Of a stretch of DNA of 64,000 nucleotides, positions 44,227 to 56,196 are shown piece after piece. Below the pieces are notes generated by a model that was not told where the DNA came from, searched no databases, and worked only from the letters and a program-made list of their open reading frames with translations. The stretch lies in sequence record MZ502379.1; one strand, written 5' to 3'. The stretch's first letter is position 1; every line of letters begins with the position of its first letter. The position numbers and the translations under genes are program-made. This DNA comes from Escherichia phage vB_EcoM_Shinka.

Positions 44227-45135
44227 TTAAAGGTCATTCAAAAGGTCATCCAGGTCCGTGTCATCAGCACTAGATGAACTGCCAGAGCTTGAGCTCATAA
44301 AATCATCTTCAGTTTTTGTATTGAAGTCATCAACATTGAATGCATCCAAATCATCAGCAACTTTATCAGCTTTCTTAGCAGCAGTTGCAGCGGCACCGCC
44401 CATCACAGCAGTTCCCATAACTTGACCGAATTTAGTATTCAGTTCTTCAAATGATTTGAATTTATCTTTAGAAGTCATTTCAGAAAGGTCAACCATTTGT
44501 TCGAACAGTTCTTTCTGGAAAGATTCATCATCAATGTTTGGAATCGCAGATTGATTCAGGAATTTAGATTCGTCGTAGTTACTAAATCCAGAAACCTGTT
44601 TAACTTTCAGTACAAAGTTAGCACCTTCCCACGGACAAGTTACATCAACCGGAGTTTCACCCATTTCAACATCAACCGCAATCATCGCGTTGATTTTATC
44701 CCAGATTTTCTTACCGAAACGATATTTAAATACTTTACCTTCATTTTCTGGAGCAGCTGGGTCTTTTACAACAAGAATATTAGCCCAGTAAGAAGTTTTA
44801 CGTTTAACAAGACTGTACTCTTTATTGTCAGTGTTGTACAGATCATTTTTACTGATGTACTGACATACTGGGCAAGAATCGTAATCACCATGGGTAGATG
44901 AACATGTTTCAATATACCATTTACCATTTTTCTTGAAACCGTGATTTACAAGAATTGCGAATGGTGCTTGTTCATCATTTTTAGACGGAAGAAAACGAAT
45001 TACTGCTTGACCGTTACCCGCATTGTCGAGTTTCAGTTTCCACTCGCCTTTATCTTCAGAAGAAAAACCACCTTTATTTCCAGCCAGTTTAGCCATTTGT
45101 GCAGCGAGTTCAGCAGTAGATTTACGTTTAAACAT
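44227..45135 (-). CDS. 32: Single-stranded DNA-binding protein gp32
   Basis: 302 aa, recognised T4 gp32 sequence incl. acidic C-terminus. Confidence 0.95.
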   Translation of the reverse strand: MFKRKSTAELAAQMAKLAGNKGGFSSEDKGEWKLKLDNAGNGQAVIRFLPSKNDEQAPFAILVNHGFKKNGKWYIETCSSTHGDYDSCPVCQYISKNDLYNTDNKEYSLVKRKTSYWANILVVKDPAAPENEGKVFKYRFGKKIWDKINAMIAVDVEMGETPVDVTCPWEGANFVLKVKQVSGFSNYDESKFLNQSAIPNIDDESFQKELFEQMVDLSEMTSKDKFKSFEELNTKFGQVMGTAVMGGAAATAAKKADKVADDLDAFNVDDFNTKTEDDFMSSSSGSSSSADDTDLDDLLNDL

Positions 45136-45167
45136 TTTTATTTCCTTTTTAATTTAATTAACAGTTG

Positions 45168-45202
45168 GTGCTATGACGATGTATGACCTCATAGCTGGTC
45201 AG
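45168..45202 (-). promoter_or_regulatory. Gene 32 translational operator with 5' H-type pseudoknot
   Basis: mRNA UGACC-A-GCUAUGA-GGUCA-UACAUCG-UCAUAGC forms two interleaved stems, followed by A/U-rich leader. Confidence 0.5.
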
Positions 45203-45234
45203 TGAGATAATTATAATCTATTTATAATAAGCAA

Positions 45235-45888
45235 TTAATACTTGCAAGATTTCACAGTTTCAATGAAAACATTTTTAGCTTTCTGTGAATCAATATTTAA
45301 AATTTTTCTATAAGCCTTTAACTTTATAGAATAATTATTCCAGACTAAATTATCAGTCTGTTCATCGTGTTTATCAATTATATTTAAAAACGAATCAAGC
45401 AAGATAAACGTTTCAAACGAAATTATATTCGATTGAAGTAGTTTAAAAATATAACTTGACTGAACCTTTGGATTATATTCAAAGATTTCTTTAAAAGCAG
45501 AAACTTCAACTTTCTTACTAAAATAATAAATGTTGCGAATATCTTCTTCAAACTTAAATTTAATTTGCTTTAAGCGTCCGATATATTCACGATAAAACAC
45601 AAGTGCATCAGCGTCAGAGATGTCGCCAATCCAAGCATCCTGGTTAGCAACAAGATTGCTTATAAAGATTAAAGCAAGTTCCTTTAATTTATATTTTTCT
45701 GATAACTTCTGGAAAAAATACTTATCCCTTCGCTTTTGATAAGCGGCATCAGACACCCGCATGCACCAATTATACTTAATTACATCATACTTTCCATTCA
45801 TATGTTGTTTTATCATTAAGTATAATTTATAAACTGATTTACCATCAATGTATCTTTCACCACCAGCAGGCATGCGGAGTTTAATCAT
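45235..45888 (-). CDS. 59: Helicase loader gp59
   Basis: 217 aa as in T4. Confidence 0.9.
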   Translation of the reverse strand: MIKLRMPAGGERYIDGKSVYKLYLMIKQHMNGKYDVIKYNWCMRVSDAAYQKRRDKYFFQKLSEKYKLKELALIFISNLVANQDAWIGDISDADALVFYREYIGRLKQIKFKFEEDIRNIYYFSKKVEVSAFKEIFEYNPKVQSSYIFKLLQSNIISFETFILLDSFLNIIDKHDEQTDNLVWNNYSIKLKAYRKILNIDSQKAKNVFIETVKSCKY

Positions 45889-46223
45889 AGTAGAAAATCT
45901 AATGTATTAGTTTTTTCACAACGAACAACAGAAGGACGCAAAAGATTTTCGTCGATAGCTTCTGACTGAATTTTTTCAATTATACCCGAAGGAATAAATT
46001 TAGCAAATTGAGTTTCAGGAATAGAGTTTTCTTCCAAGAATGCTGTCGTAGCTTCAAGATAACTCATTCCAAATTCTTCTACCATTTTTTCAATAATAAA
46101 TCCATTTTCTTGGCGGTCAAGAAGCTTTGCAATTTCATCCTTTTCTTTCTTAATTGAAAGTTCTTTTTCTGAAAGCCCGGCCTCATCGACCGGGCGAATA
46201 TCATTTAGAGAAAACTGTGTCAT
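45885..46223 (-). CDS. 33: Late transcription co-activator gp33
   Basis: 112 aa from MTQFSL (track ORF starts 3 codons upstream). Confidence 0.8.
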   Translation of the reverse strand: MTQFSLNDIRPVDEAGLSEKELSIKKEKDEIAKLLDRQENGFIIEKMVEEFGMSYLEATTAFLEENSIPETQFAKFIPSGIIEKIQSEAIDENLLRPSVVRCEKTNTLDFLL

Positions 46224-46470
46224 AAAGTTCAACTACCTCTTCAGTTTCAGCTTCAAACACATCACGGTTATCTTTATGATACAAAGCTAATAGACGATTA
46301 AACATCTTACCATCAACGCCAAGTTCATCTTTAGCACGAATTCGAATATCTTTAATCAATTCATTATAACCAGAAATTTTCAGTTTATGATCAGATGCTT
46401 CTTTAATAAATTTAGCCAAGTCTTCGCCATGGATAGCTTCATCAAATTCAACCATTTCTTTTTTAGCCAT
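46201..46470 (-). CDS. dsbA: Double-stranded DNA-binding protein DsbA
   Basis: 89 aa as in T4. Confidence 0.8.
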   Translation of the reverse strand: MAKKEMVEFDEAIHGEDLAKFIKEASDHKLKISGYNELIKDIRIRAKDELGVDGKMFNRLLALYHKDNRDVFEAETEEVVELYDTVFSK

Positions 46471-46478
46471 TATTCACC

Positions 46479-47396
46479 TCAAAATTCATTAATGCTATTA
46501 GTTAATTTAGAAAGACCCGCTTTTACAAAATATGAATAAATTTTGCCGCGCGGTGGTAATTTATATGAATTATAGTAATTCACAATGTTTGAAGCAATAT
46601 TATCAGGAATATAATCAAAATCAATTAGAACTAAATTTTCTTTATAACGATTATATTCAGATTCTGTGAGAAGCACCTTAGCTTGCTCACGGTCATTAGC
46701 AATAGCTTCAACAATAGAGGTTTTCATTGAAGGAGTTCGTTCACCTTCAACTCTGGTAAACCAAAAGTCAGATCGTACTTTAACTGAAGCAACGTTATCC
46801 TTTTTGTCGCCTTTAAGGATTTTAGTCATACAGTCAATTTCAGCAGAACCGCTTTTAATTTTAACCCATTTCTTGTGCATCGGTGACCATTGCTTAACAT
46901 TTGGATATTTGTGAAGTTGAGTAAAGTCACCATCCGATGAAATGATTAAAATCTTGTGTCCTTCTAAAGAGAACTTTTTAACAAGAACAGCAATGTGGTC
47001 ATCTGCTTCATACTTATCAATATCCATAACAATGTATGGCATATAAGCTTTTAATTCATCTATAACTTTATGACTGGATTCAAAATAACCTTCCCAGTCC
47101 CAAGTAGATTCTTCTCGTGCTTTTCCACGGTTTTTCTTATAATAATAAGCGAAATCACGACGCCAGTATCCAGATTTCGCGTTATCAATACATAGTACAA
47201 TTTTAGTGTATCCAAGCGTTTTTGCTTTTTTGACATTAAACTTAATTGAGTTCAATATCAAATGACGAACCATTGATAAATTAATTTTTTCTTTATCTGG
47301 GAAGTTTACCAGAGCAGTTGAAAGAGCAATTTGACTAAAGTCAATAAAGCAAATTCCTTCTTTGTAATCTTCATCCAGCATCATTTCTAAATCCAT
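46479..47396 (-). CDS. rnh: RNase H (5'-3' exonuclease, FEN family)
   Basis: 305 aa from MDLEMM (track ORF starts 5 codons upstream). Confidence 0.9.
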   Translation of the reverse strand: MDLEMMLDEDYKEGICFIDFSQIALSTALVNFPDKEKINLSMVRHLILNSIKFNVKKAKTLGYTKIVLCIDNAKSGYWRRDFAYYYKKNRGKAREESTWDWEGYFESSHKVIDELKAYMPYIVMDIDKYEADDHIAVLVKKFSLEGHKILIISSDGDFTQLHKYPNVKQWSPMHKKWVKIKSGSAEIDCMTKILKGDKKDNVASVKVRSDFWFTRVEGERTPSMKTSIVEAIANDREQAKVLLTESEYNRYKENLVLIDFDYIPDNIASNIVNYYNSYKLPPRGKIYSYFVKAGLSKLTNSINEF

Positions 47397-47458
47397 ATGA
47401 ACCTCGTTCAATTAGTGAGATTTCTATTATATACTATCTAAATCTTAAAGTAAACAGG

Positions 47459-47466
47459 TATAAATA
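47459..47466 (+). promoter_or_regulatory. Late promoter TATAAATA for gene 34
   Basis: Exact TATAAATA 35 nt upstream of gene 34; overlaps a divergent early promoter for rnh. Confidence 0.6.
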
Positions 47467-47500
47467 CTTATTATTGAAAACACAATAGGAGCCCGGGAGA

Positions 47501-50500
47501 ATGGCCGAGATTAAAAGAAAGTTCAGAGCAGAAGATGGTCTGGACGCAGGTGGCGATAAAATAATCAATGTAGCTTTAGCTGATCGTACCGTAGGAACTG
47601 ACGGTGTTAACGTTGATTACTTAATTCAAGAAAACACAGTTCAGCAATATGATCCAACTCGTGGATATTTAAAAGATTTTGTAATCATTTATAATAATCG
47701 TTTTTGGGCAGCAACGGATAATATTCCAAAACCTGCTGGAAATTTTAATAGAATTCGTTGGAAAGCATTACGTACTGATGCCGTATATACAACCGTATCA
47801 TCTGGACCATATCAATTAAAATCCGGAGAAGCAATTTCAGTAGATACATCAGTTGGCAATGACATTGAGTTTACTTTACCACCTTCTCCGCTTGATGGAG
47901 AAACCGTAATAATTCAAGATATCGGTGGAAAACCTGGCATAAATCAGGTTAAAATAAATTCTTCAAATCAGAGTATTGTCAATTTTAGAGGTGAACAGGT
48001 ACGTTCAGTTTTAATGACTCATCCAAAGTCACAGATGGTATTCATTTTTAATAATCGTTTGTGGCAAATGTATATTGCTGATTATAGCAGAGAAGCTGCG
48101 ATTGTTACTCCATCGACTGCATATCAAGCACAATCTAATGATTTTATCGTACGTAGATTTACTTCTGCCGCACCGATTAATGTTAAACTTCCAAGATTTG
48201 CCAATCATGGAGATATCATTAATTTCGTTGATTTAGATAAATTAAATCCACTTTATCATACAATTGTTACGACATATGATGAAACAACGTCAGTGCAAGA
48301 AGTTGGAACTCATTCCATTGAAGGCCGTACATCGATTGACGGTTTCTTGATGTTTGATGATAATGAGAAATTGTGGAGATTGTTTGACGGGGATAGTAAA
48401 GCACGTTTACGCATTATAACAACTAATTCTAATATTCGTCCAAATGAAGAAGTTATGGTATTTGGTGCGAATAACGGAACAGCTCAGACAATTGAACTTC
48501 AGCTTCCGACTGATATTTCTGTTGGTGATACTGTTAAAATTTCCATGAATTACATGAGAAAAGGACAAACAGTTAAAATCAAAGCTGCTGGTGAAGATAA
48601 AATTGCTTCTTCAGTTCAATTGCTGCAATTCCCAAAACGCTCAGAATATCCACCTGAAGCTGAATGGGTAACAGTTCAAGAATTAGTTTTTAACGGTGAA
48701 ACTAATTATGTACCAGTTTTGCAACTTGCTTATATAGAAGATTCTGATGGAAAATACTGGGTTGTACAGCAAAACGTTCCAACAGTTGAAAGAGTCGATT
48801 CTTTAAATAATTCTACTAGAGCAAGATTAGGCGTAATTGCTTTAGCTACACAAGCTCAAGCAAATGCTGATTTAGAAAATTCTCCGCAAAAAGAATTGGC
48901 AATTACTCCAGAAACGTTAGCTAATCGTACTGCTACAGAAACTCGCAGAGGTATTGCAAGAATAGCAACTACTGCTCAAGTGAATCAGAACACCACATTC
49001 TCTTTTGCAGATGACCTTATCATCACTCCTAAAAAGCTGAATGAAAGAACTGCTACAGAAACTCGCAGAGGTGTCGCTGAAATTGCTACGCAGCAGGAAA
49101 CTAATACAGGTACTGATGATACTACAATCATCACTCCTAAAAAGCTTCAAGCTCGTCAAGGTTCTGAAACATTATCGGGTATTGTAACTTTTGTATCTAC
49201 CGCAGGAGCTACTCCAGCTTCTAGTCGTGAATTAAATGGTACGAATGTTTATAATAAAAACACTAATAATTTAGTTGTTTCACCTAAAGCTTTGGATCAG
49301 TATAAAGCTACTCCAACGCAACAAGGCGCAGTAATTTTAGCAGTTGAAAGTGAAGTAATTGCTGGACAAAGCCAAGAAGGATGGGCAAATGCGGTTGTAA
49401 CGCCAGAAACGTTACATAAAAAGACATCAACTGATGGAAGAATTGGTTTAATTGAAATTGCTACGCAAAGTGAAGTTAATACAGGAACTGATTATACTCG
49501 CGCAGTCACTCCTAAAACTTTAAATGACCGTAGAGCAACTGAAAGTTTAAGTGGTATAGCTGAAATTGCTACGCAAGTTGAATTCGACGCAGGCGTCGAC
49601 GATACTCGTATCTCTACACCATTAAAAATTAAAACCAGATTTAATAGTACTGATCGTACTTCTGTTGTTGCTCTATCTGGATTAGTTGAATCAGGAACTC
49701 TCTGGGACCATTATACCCTTAATATTCTTGAAGCAAATGAGACACAGCGTGGTACACTTCGTGTAGCTACACAAGTTGAAGCTGCTGCAGGAACATTAGA
49801 TAATGTTTTAATAACTCCTAAAAAGCTTTTAGGTACTAAATCTACCGAATCGCAAGAAGGTGTTATTAAAGTTGCAACTCAGTCTGAAACTGTAGCTGGA
49901 ACGTCAGCAAATACTGCTGTATCTCCAAAAAATTTAAAATGGATTGTGCAGAGTGAACCTACTTGGGCAGCGACTACTGCGATAAGAGGTTTTGTTAAAA
50001 CTTCGTCTGGTTCAATTACATTCGTTGGTAATGATACAGCTGGTTCAACACAGCCATTAGAATCATATGAGAAAAATGGTTATGCAGTATCACCATATGA
50101 ATTAAATCGCGTATTAGCAAATTATTTGCCATTAAAAGCAAAAGCCGTAGATAGTAATTTATTAGATGGTCTAGATTCGCTCCAGTTCATTCGTAGGGAC
50201 ATTGCACAAACAGTTAATGGTTCACTAACCTTAACCCAACAAACGAATCTGAGTGCCCCTCTTGTATCATCTAGTACTGCTACATTCGGTGGATCAGTTT
50301 CAGCAAATAGTACATTAACTATTTCTAATACTGGAACGGCAACTCGTCTGATTTTTGAGAAAGGACCTCAAACTGGAACAAACCCGGCTCAAACGATGAC
50401 AGTCAGAGTGTGGGGAAATCAATTTAGTGGGGAATCAGACACAACACGTTCTACCGTATTTGAAGTTAGTGATGAAACGTCTAGTCATTTTTATTCTCAG

Positions 50501-51370
50501 CGTAATAAAGCTGGAAATATAACATTTAATATCAACGGTACAGTAACACCGATAAATGTTAATGCTTCAGGAACATTGAATGCGAATGGCGTTGCTACAT
50601 TTGGTAATTCAGTCACTGCAATTGGTGAAATTATTTCTCGAAGCGCAAATGCTTTCCGTGCTATTAATGGAAATTATGGTTTCATTATTCGTAATGACGG
50701 GTCAGTAACGAATTTTATGCTTACTGCATCAGGCAATCAAACTGGTGGATTTAATGGATTACGTCCATTGTCCATTAATAATCAATCTGGGCAGGTCACA
50801 ATTGGTGAAAGCTTGATCATTGCTAAAGGTGCTACTATAAATTCAGGTGGTTTAACTGTTAACTCGAGAATTCGTTCTCAAGGTGTTAAAACATCTGATT
50901 TATATACCCGTGCGCCGACATCTGATACTGTAGGATTCTGGTCAATTGATATTAACGATTCAGCCACTTATAACCAGTTCCCGGGTTATTTTAAAATGGT
51001 TGAAAAAACTAATGAAGTGACTGGGCTTCCATACTTAGAACGTGGCGAAGAAGTTAAATCTCCTGGTACATTGACTCAGTTTGGTAACACACTTGATTCA
51101 CTTTACCAAGATTGGATTACTTATCCAACAACTCCAGAAGCGCGTACCACTCGTTGGACGCGTACATGGCAGAAAACCAAAAACTCTTGGTCAAGTTTTG
51201 TTCAGGTATTTGACGGAGGTAACCCTCCTCAACCTTCAGATATAGGAGCAATCCCATCTGATAATGGAATAATAGGTAATCTTACTATTCGCGATTTCTT
51301 GCGAATTGGTAATGTTCGCATTATTCCTGACCCAGTGAATAAAACTGTTAAATTTGAATGGATTGAATAA
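47501..51370 (+). CDS. 34: Long tail fibre proximal subunit gp34
   Basis: 1289 aa as in T4. Confidence 0.9.
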   Translation: MAEIKRKFRAEDGLDAGGDKIINVALADRTVGTDGVNVDYLIQENTVQQYDPTRGYLKDFVIIYNNRFWAATDNIPKPAGNFNRIRWKALRTDAVYTTVSSGPYQLKSGEAISVDTSVGNDIEFTLPPSPLDGETVIIQDIGGKPGINQVKINSSNQSIVNFRGEQVRSVLMTHPKSQMVFIFNNRLWQMYIADYSREAAIVTPSTAYQAQSNDFIVRRFTSAAPINVKLPRFANHGDIINFVDLDKLNPLYHTIVTTYDETTSVQEVGTHSIEGRTSIDGFLMFDDNEKLWRLFDGDSKARLRIITTNSNIRPNEEVMVFGANNGTAQTIELQLPTDISVGDTVKISMNYMRKGQTVKIKAAGEDKIASSVQLLQFPKRSEYPPEAEWVTVQELVFNGETNYVPVLQLAYIEDSDGKYWVVQQNVPTVERVDSLNNSTRARLGVIALATQAQANADLENSPQKELAITPETLANRTATETRRGIARIATTAQVNQNTTFSFADDLIITPKKLNERTATETRRGVAEIATQQETNTGTDDTTIITPKKLQARQGSETLSGIVTFVSTAGATPASSRELNGTNVYNKNTNNLVVSPKALDQYKATPTQQGAVILAVESEVIAGQSQEGWANAVVTPETLHKKTSTDGRIGLIEIATQSEVNTGTDYTRAVTPKTLNDRRATESLSGIAEIATQVEFDAGVDDTRISTPLKIKTRFNSTDRTSVVALSGLVESGTLWDHYTLNILEANETQRGTLRVATQVEAAAGTLDNVLITPKKLLGTKSTESQEGVIKVATQSETVAGTSANTAVSPKNLKWIVQSEPTWAATTAIRGFVKTSSGSITFVGNDTAGSTQPLESYEKNGYAVSPYELNRVLANYLPLKAKAVDSNLLDGLDSLQFIRRDIAQTVNGSLTLTQQTNLSAPLVSSSTATFGGSVSANSTLTISNTGTATRLIFEKGPQTGTNPAQTMTVRVWGNQFSGESDTTRSTVFEVSDETSSHFYSQRNKAGNITFNINGTVTPINVNASGTLNANGVATFGNSVTAIGEIISRSANAFRAINGNYGFIIRNDGSVTNFMLTASGNQTGGFNGLRPLSINNQSGQVTIGESLIIAKGATINSGGLTVNSRIRSQGVKTSDLYTRAPTSDTVGFWSIDINDSATYNQFPGYFKMVEKTNEVTGLPYLERGEEVKSPGTLTQFGNTLDSLYQDWITYPTTPEARTTRWTRTWQKTKNSWSSFVQVFDGGNPPQPSDIGAIPSDNGIIGNLTIRDFLRIGNVRIIPDPVNKTVKFEWIE

Positions 51371-51378
51371 GAGGTATT

Positions 51379-52494
51379 ATGGAAAAATTTATGGCAGAGT
51401 TTGGACAAGGATATGTTCAAACGCCATTTTTATCGGAAAGCAATTCAGTAAGATATAAAATAAGTATAGCGGGTTCTTGCCCGCTTTCTACAGCAGGACC
51501 ATATGTTAAATTTCAGGATAATCCCGTTGGAAATCAAACATTTAGCGCAGGTCTTCATTTAAAAGTTTTTGACCCTTCTACAGGAGCATTAGTTGACAGT
51601 AAATCATATGCTTTTTCTGCTTCAAACAATACAACATCTGCCGCTTTTGTCAGTTTCATGAATTCTTTGTCAAACAATAGACTTGTTGCTATATTAACTA
51701 GCGGAAAGGTTAATTTTCCTCCTGAAGTGGTATCTTGGTTAAGGGGAGCAGGAACTTCAGTTTTTCCATCAGATTCAGTATTGTCAAGATTTGACGTGTC
51801 ATATGCTGCTTTTTATACTTCTTCTAAAAGAGCTATTGCATTAGAGCATGTTAAACTAAGTAATAGAAAAAGCACAGATGATTATCAAACTATTTTAGAT
51901 GTTGTATTTGATAGTTTAGAAGACGTCGGAGCTACAGGATTTCCTAAAAGAACATACGAAAGCGTTGAGCAATTTATGTCTGCGGTTGGAGGAACTAATA
52001 ATGAAATTGCGCGATTGCCAACTTCAGCTGCTATAAGTAAACTTTCTGACTACAATTTAATTCCTGGTGATGTTCTTTATCTTAAAGCACAACTATATGC
52101 TGATGCTGATTTACTTGATCTTGGAACTACAAATATATCTATTCGTTTTTATGATGCATCAAATGGATATATTTCCTCGACCCAAGCTGAGTTTACTGGA
52201 CAGGCTGGGTCATGGGAATTAAAGGAAGATTATGTAGTTGTTCCTGAAAATGCAGTAGGATTTACGATATATGCACAAAGAACTGCCCAAGCAGGTCAAG
52301 GCGGCATGAGAAATTTAAGCTTTTCTGAAGTATCAAGAAATGGCGGCATTTCAAAACCTGCCGAATTTGGCGTCAACGGTATTCGCGTTAATTATGTCTG
52401 CGAATCGGCTTCACCTCCAGATATAATGGTACTTCCTACACAAGCCTCTTCTAAAACTGGCAAAGTGTTTGGGCAAGAATTTAGAGAAGTTTAA
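51379..52494 (+). CDS. 35: Long tail fibre hinge protein gp35
   Basis: 371 aa. Confidence 0.85.
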   Translation: MEKFMAEFGQGYVQTPFLSESNSVRYKISIAGSCPLSTAGPYVKFQDNPVGNQTFSAGLHLKVFDPSTGALVDSKSYAFSASNNTTSAAFVSFMNSLSNNRLVAILTSGKVNFPPEVVSWLRGAGTSVFPSDSVLSRFDVSYAAFYTSSKRAIALEHVKLSNRKSTDDYQTILDVVFDSLEDVGATGFPKRTYESVEQFMSAVGGTNNEIARLPTSAAISKLSDYNLIPGDVLYLKAQLYADADLLDLGTTNISIRFYDASNGYISSTQAEFTGQAGSWELKEDYVVVPENAVGFTIYAQRTAQAGQGGMRNLSFSEVSRNGGISKPAEFGVNGIRVNYVCESASPPDIMVLPTQASSKTGKVFGQEFREV

Positions 52495-52500
52495 ACTGAG

Positions 52501-52523
52501 GGAGCCTTCGGGTTCCCTTTTTC
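52501..52523 (+). terminator. Terminator after gene 35
   Basis: Hairpin gggagccttcgggttccc followed by T-run. Confidence 0.55.
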
Positions 52524-52525
52524 TT

Positions 52526-52533
52526 TATAAATA
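52526..52533 (+). promoter_or_regulatory. Late promoter TATAAATA for genes 36-37-38
   Basis: Exact TATAAATA 24 nt upstream of gene 36. Confidence 0.55.
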
Positions 52534-52556
52534 ATATTAAAATAAAGGGGCATATA

Positions 52557-53207
52557 ATGGCTGATTTAAAAGTAGGTTCAACTGTAGGTGGATCTGTCAT
52601 TTGGCATCAAGGAAATTTTCCATTGAATTCAGCCGGTGACGATGTACTCTACAAATCATTTAAAATATATTCAGAATATAATAAACCGCAGGCAGCTGAT
52701 AACGATTTCGTTTCTAAAGCTAATGGTGGTACTTACACCGGTCCAATTACTATTAATTACGGGGTAAATAGTTATCTTCAATTAAGTAATAATGAAACCC
52801 CCATTCGAATTCGTTCTGGTGGCGGCACTGGTAATACTCTTGTAGTTGGCGGCTCTTCCGGTGGTATTAGTTTTAGACCTGCAGGTAGTGAAATCACTAC
52901 TGGACAAATTACTATTACACCAGAAGGTTTGACAACATTTACCAGGGCTGTAACGGCTCCATCGGTAACTGTTACATCTACTCCTTCCGCAGCATCTGAT
53001 GTTACTCGCAAAGATTATGTTGATGGAGCAATAAATACTGTTACAGCAAATGCAAACTCTAGGGTATTACGCTCTGGAGACACTATGACAGGAAATTTAA
53101 CTGCGCCAAACCTTTTTTCACAGAATCCTGCATCTCAACCTTCACACGTTCCACGATTTGACCAAATCGTAATTAAGGATTCTGTTCAAGATTTCGGCTA
53201 TTATTAA
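52557..53207 (+). CDS. 36: Long tail fibre distal connector gp36
   Basis: 216 aa. Confidence 0.85.
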   Translation: MADLKVGSTVGGSVIWHQGNFPLNSAGDDVLYKSFKIYSEYNKPQAADNDFVSKANGGTYTGPITINYGVNSYLQLSNNETPIRIRSGGGTGNTLVVGGSSGGISFRPAGSEITTGQITITPEGLTTFTRAVTAPSVTVTSTPSAASDVTRKDYVDGAINTVTANANSRVLRSGDTMTGNLTAPNLFSQNPASQPSHVPRFDQIVIKDSVQDFGYY

Positions 53208-53215
53208 GAGGACTT

Positions 53216-56164
53216 ATGGCTACTTTAAAACAAATACAATTTAAAAGAAGCAAAACTGCAGGTCAACGTCCTGCTGCTTCAGTATTAGCCGAAGGTGAAT
53301 TGGCTATAAACTTAAAAGATAAAACAATTTTCACAAAAGATGACTCAGGTAGTGTTATAGAATTAGGTTTAAAATATGGAGGAACTATAAATGGGTCTTT
53401 AGAGGTTACAGAAAATATAACTGGAACTTTAATTGGAAATTCTAGCACAGCTACTAAATTGCAAACACCTAGGAAAATTAATGGTATATCTTTTGATGGG
53501 TCAAAGGACATTACCTTAACTCCATCTGACATAAATGTCAATAGCACAACATTTATAAAAAATAATGGCGAATTACCTACTGATGCTAATTTAGATACGT
53601 ATGGGCCCATTGAAGAATATCTTGGTGTTTGGTCGAAATCTACTTCAACAAATGCGCAACCAGCAAATAAATTCCCAGAAGAAAATGCCGTAGGTGTACT
53701 AGAAGTATTTGTGGCCGGCCAATTTGCTGGCACTCAGCGTTATACTGTAAGATCTGGTAACGTCTATATTCGTTCCTTATCTGCTAAATGGAATGGCGTC
53801 GATGGTCCATGGGGTGTGTGGCGTAATGTTCAAGCGTCAACTCGTCCACTTTCACAAACGATTGACCTTGATAGCTTGGGAGAATTAGAACATTGTGGCT
53901 TATGGAGAAACAGTTCAAGCGCAATCGCATCATTTGATCGCCATTATCCAGAAGAAGGATCAGCCGCACAAGGATTTTTAGAAATATTTGAAGGTGGTTT
54001 ATACACAAGAACGCAGCGTTATACTACCCGCATGGGTATGGTTTATACTCGTTGTCTCGCTGCTGCATGGGATGCTAGTGCACCTAAGTGGGAGGAATGG
54101 AAGCAGGTTGGTCATGGCACACCAGCGACTTTCTATGACGGAGATCTGAATGATTTTAAAACTCCTGGATTATATAATATTTTAGGCACTGATGCCGTTA
54201 TTAACTGTCCTACCGGTGAAGGTTTGCCGACTGTTATTGTTGGTTTGCTGGAAGTTAAACAGCGTGCTTCTGGCGGTGCTATTTTCCAAAAATTTACTAC
54301 TGCCGGAACGGGTGCAACTACTCGCGATCGTATTTTTGAGCGTGCATATACTGGTGGTGTGTGGGGTGCATGGAACGAAGTATATACATCTTACTCTCTG
54401 CCAATTACTTTAGGTATGGGTGGTATTAAAGCTCAATTAGCGGAGTTAGATTGGCAAACATTTGATTTTGTTCCTGGTAGTATGTTTAGCGTTCCTTTGA
54501 ACAAAATAAAGAATATGCCAGCAAATATGGATTGGGGCACGATTGACGGAAACTTGGTTATGTTTTCTGTCGGTCCTAGCGAACACACTAGCACAGGGCG
54601 TACTGTTCAGGTTTGGCGTGGTACTGTATCCCAGACAAACTATCGTTATTTTGTCGTTCGTGTGTTCGGTAATTCTGGAAATAGAACTTGCACAGTTCGC
54701 CGTGTTGTTCTTGAAGACGGATCACATACTTGGACTGCTCAACAAAACTTTAGGGGATTGCTGAATATCACTGCTGCTGTTAATCTTGGTGCTAATCAGA
54801 AAATTTCACTTGCTCCAGGAGCATATATTCAAGCCCCTGCTAGCGGTTCTGGTTCTAATACTTACGCAAATCAGAATATTACCATTGCGCCATTATATCA
54901 GGCTATTGACGATTCAAATAAAAGCCAGTTTGCGCCAATTGTTAAACAGAAAAACACTGCAACAAATATTACTATGGCTTCTGGTATGGATATTGCTAGT
55001 TCAGAATATCGTATCGTTGCTCAGGGTGATTTATCCGCTACTGGAACTACAGCCACTGAATTAGCTACATGGCGTTTCTTGCCATCGGGCCGATTCATGT
55101 CACAAAGTCGAGTTTATGCTGGCGCAGCATTCTTGAACACTGATGGTAACATCAGTGGTTCAATCTGGAAGAAATATAACAATGCAACCAATTTAGATGC
55201 TGCCTTGAATACTCGCCTAGGTAAAGGCGGTGATACGATGACAGGTCGGTTAACAATCAATGCACCTAATGATTCTATTGTATTATCAACAACTGCTAGT
55301 AATTCTTTGCATATTCGCGGTGACATAGACGGGACTGGTAACTGGTATATTGGCAAGGGTGGTGCTGATAATTCGCTAGCATTTTATAGCTATGCTTCTC
55401 AGGCGGCAGTATATATCACAAACAATGGTGAGATTGCGTTAAACCCGCAAAATACCGCAATGGTTAACGTTAACCGTGACCGTGTACACATTAACGGTTC
55501 TGGATGGATTGCTAGACAACCGGGTGATTGGGACAACCAATGGCGAGTAGAAGCTCCATTATTCGTTGATCATGGTTATGTTGGTCAAGATAGTTATTAT
55601 CCTATTCTTAAAGCAAGAAGCGTTATAACCAATCAAGGATATAGCACCGCTGTTGACTTTGGTATGCGTCGTATTCCATCACAGTGGGGGCAAGCAATCA
55701 TTCGTGTCGGATCCACGGAGGCTTCTCCTGATGCTGGACACCCACAAGCTGTGTTTGAATTCCATCATGATGGATTCTTTTATACACCAGGAAATGGTAG
55801 CTTTAGCGATGTGTATATTCGTTCCGATGGTCGTCTTAAGATTAATAAAAAAGAGCTAGAAAACGGAGCACTTGAAAAAGTATGCCGACTGAAAGTTTAT
55901 ACATACGATAAGGTTAAGTCTATTAAAGATCGTAGCGTTATTAAACGTGAAGTTGGTATTATTGCTCAGGACCTTGAAAAGGAATTACCGGAAGCTGTGT
56001 CTAAAGTTGAAGTTGATGGTTCTGATGTTCTGACAATTTCTAACTCCGCTGTAAATGCTCTTTTAATTAAGGCTATCCAAGAAATGAGCGAAGAAATTAA
56101 AGAATTAAAAACGCCTTTCTTCACTAAAATTGCTCGCAAAATTAGTAATTATTTTAAATTCTAA
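53216..56164 (+). CDS. 37: Long tail fibre distal subunit gp37 with C-terminal intramolecular chaperone domain
   Basis: 982 aa; C-terminal 110 aa carry S74-type chaperone motifs ([29 protein letters not shown]). Confidence 0.9.
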   Translation: MATLKQIQFKRSKTAGQRPAASVLAEGELAINLKDKTIFTKDDSGSVIELGLKYGGTINGSLEVTENITGTLIGNSSTATKLQTPRKINGISFDGSKDITLTPSDINVNSTTFIKNNGELPTDANLDTYGPIEEYLGVWSKSTSTNAQPANKFPEENAVGVLEVFVAGQFAGTQRYTVRSGNVYIRSLSAKWNGVDGPWGVWRNVQASTRPLSQTIDLDSLGELEHCGLWRNSSSAIASFDRHYPEEGSAAQGFLEIFEGGLYTRTQRYTTRMGMVYTRCLAAAWDASAPKWEEWKQVGHGTPATFYDGDLNDFKTPGLYNILGTDAVINCPTGEGLPTVIVGLLEVKQRASGGAIFQKFTTAGTGATTRDRIFERAYTGGVWGAWNEVYTSYSLPITLGMGGIKAQLAELDWQTFDFVPGSMFSVPLNKIKNMPANMDWGTIDGNLVMFSVGPSEHTSTGRTVQVWRGTVSQTNYRYFVVRVFGNSGNRTCTVRRVVLEDGSHTWTAQQNFRGLLNITAAVNLGANQKISLAPGAYIQAPASGSGSNTYANQNITIAPLYQAIDDSNKSQFAPIVKQKNTATNITMASGMDIASSEYRIVAQGDLSATGTTATELATWRFLPSGRFMSQSRVYAGAAFLNTDGNISGSIWKKYNNATNLDAALNTRLGKGGDTMTGRLTINAPNDSIVLSTTASNSLHIRGDIDGTGNWYIGKGGADNSLAFYSYASQAAVYITNNGEIALNPQNTAMVNVNRDRVHINGSGWIARQPGDWDNQWRVEAPLFVDHGYVGQDSYYPILKARSVITNQGYSTAVDFGMRRIPSQWGQAIIRVGSTEASPDAGHPQAVFEFHHDGFFYTPGNGSFSDVYIRSDGRLKINKKELENGALEKVCRLKVYTYDKVKSIKDRSVIKREVGIIAQDLEKELPEAVSKVEVDGSDVLTISNSAVNALLIKAIQEMSEEIKELKTPFFTKIARKISNYFKF

Positions 56165-56170
56165 CAACAA

Positions 56171-56186
56171 GGGGCTTTGCCCCTTT
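56171..56186 (+). terminator. Hairpin after gene 37
   Basis: ggggctttgcccc followed by ttt. Confidence 0.5.
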
Positions 56187-56196
56187 GGAGATAATT

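Noticed and set aside
53263-53733. 156-aa minus-strand ORF
   Set aside because: Antisense inside gene 37 in a late plus-strand operon; no independent signals.
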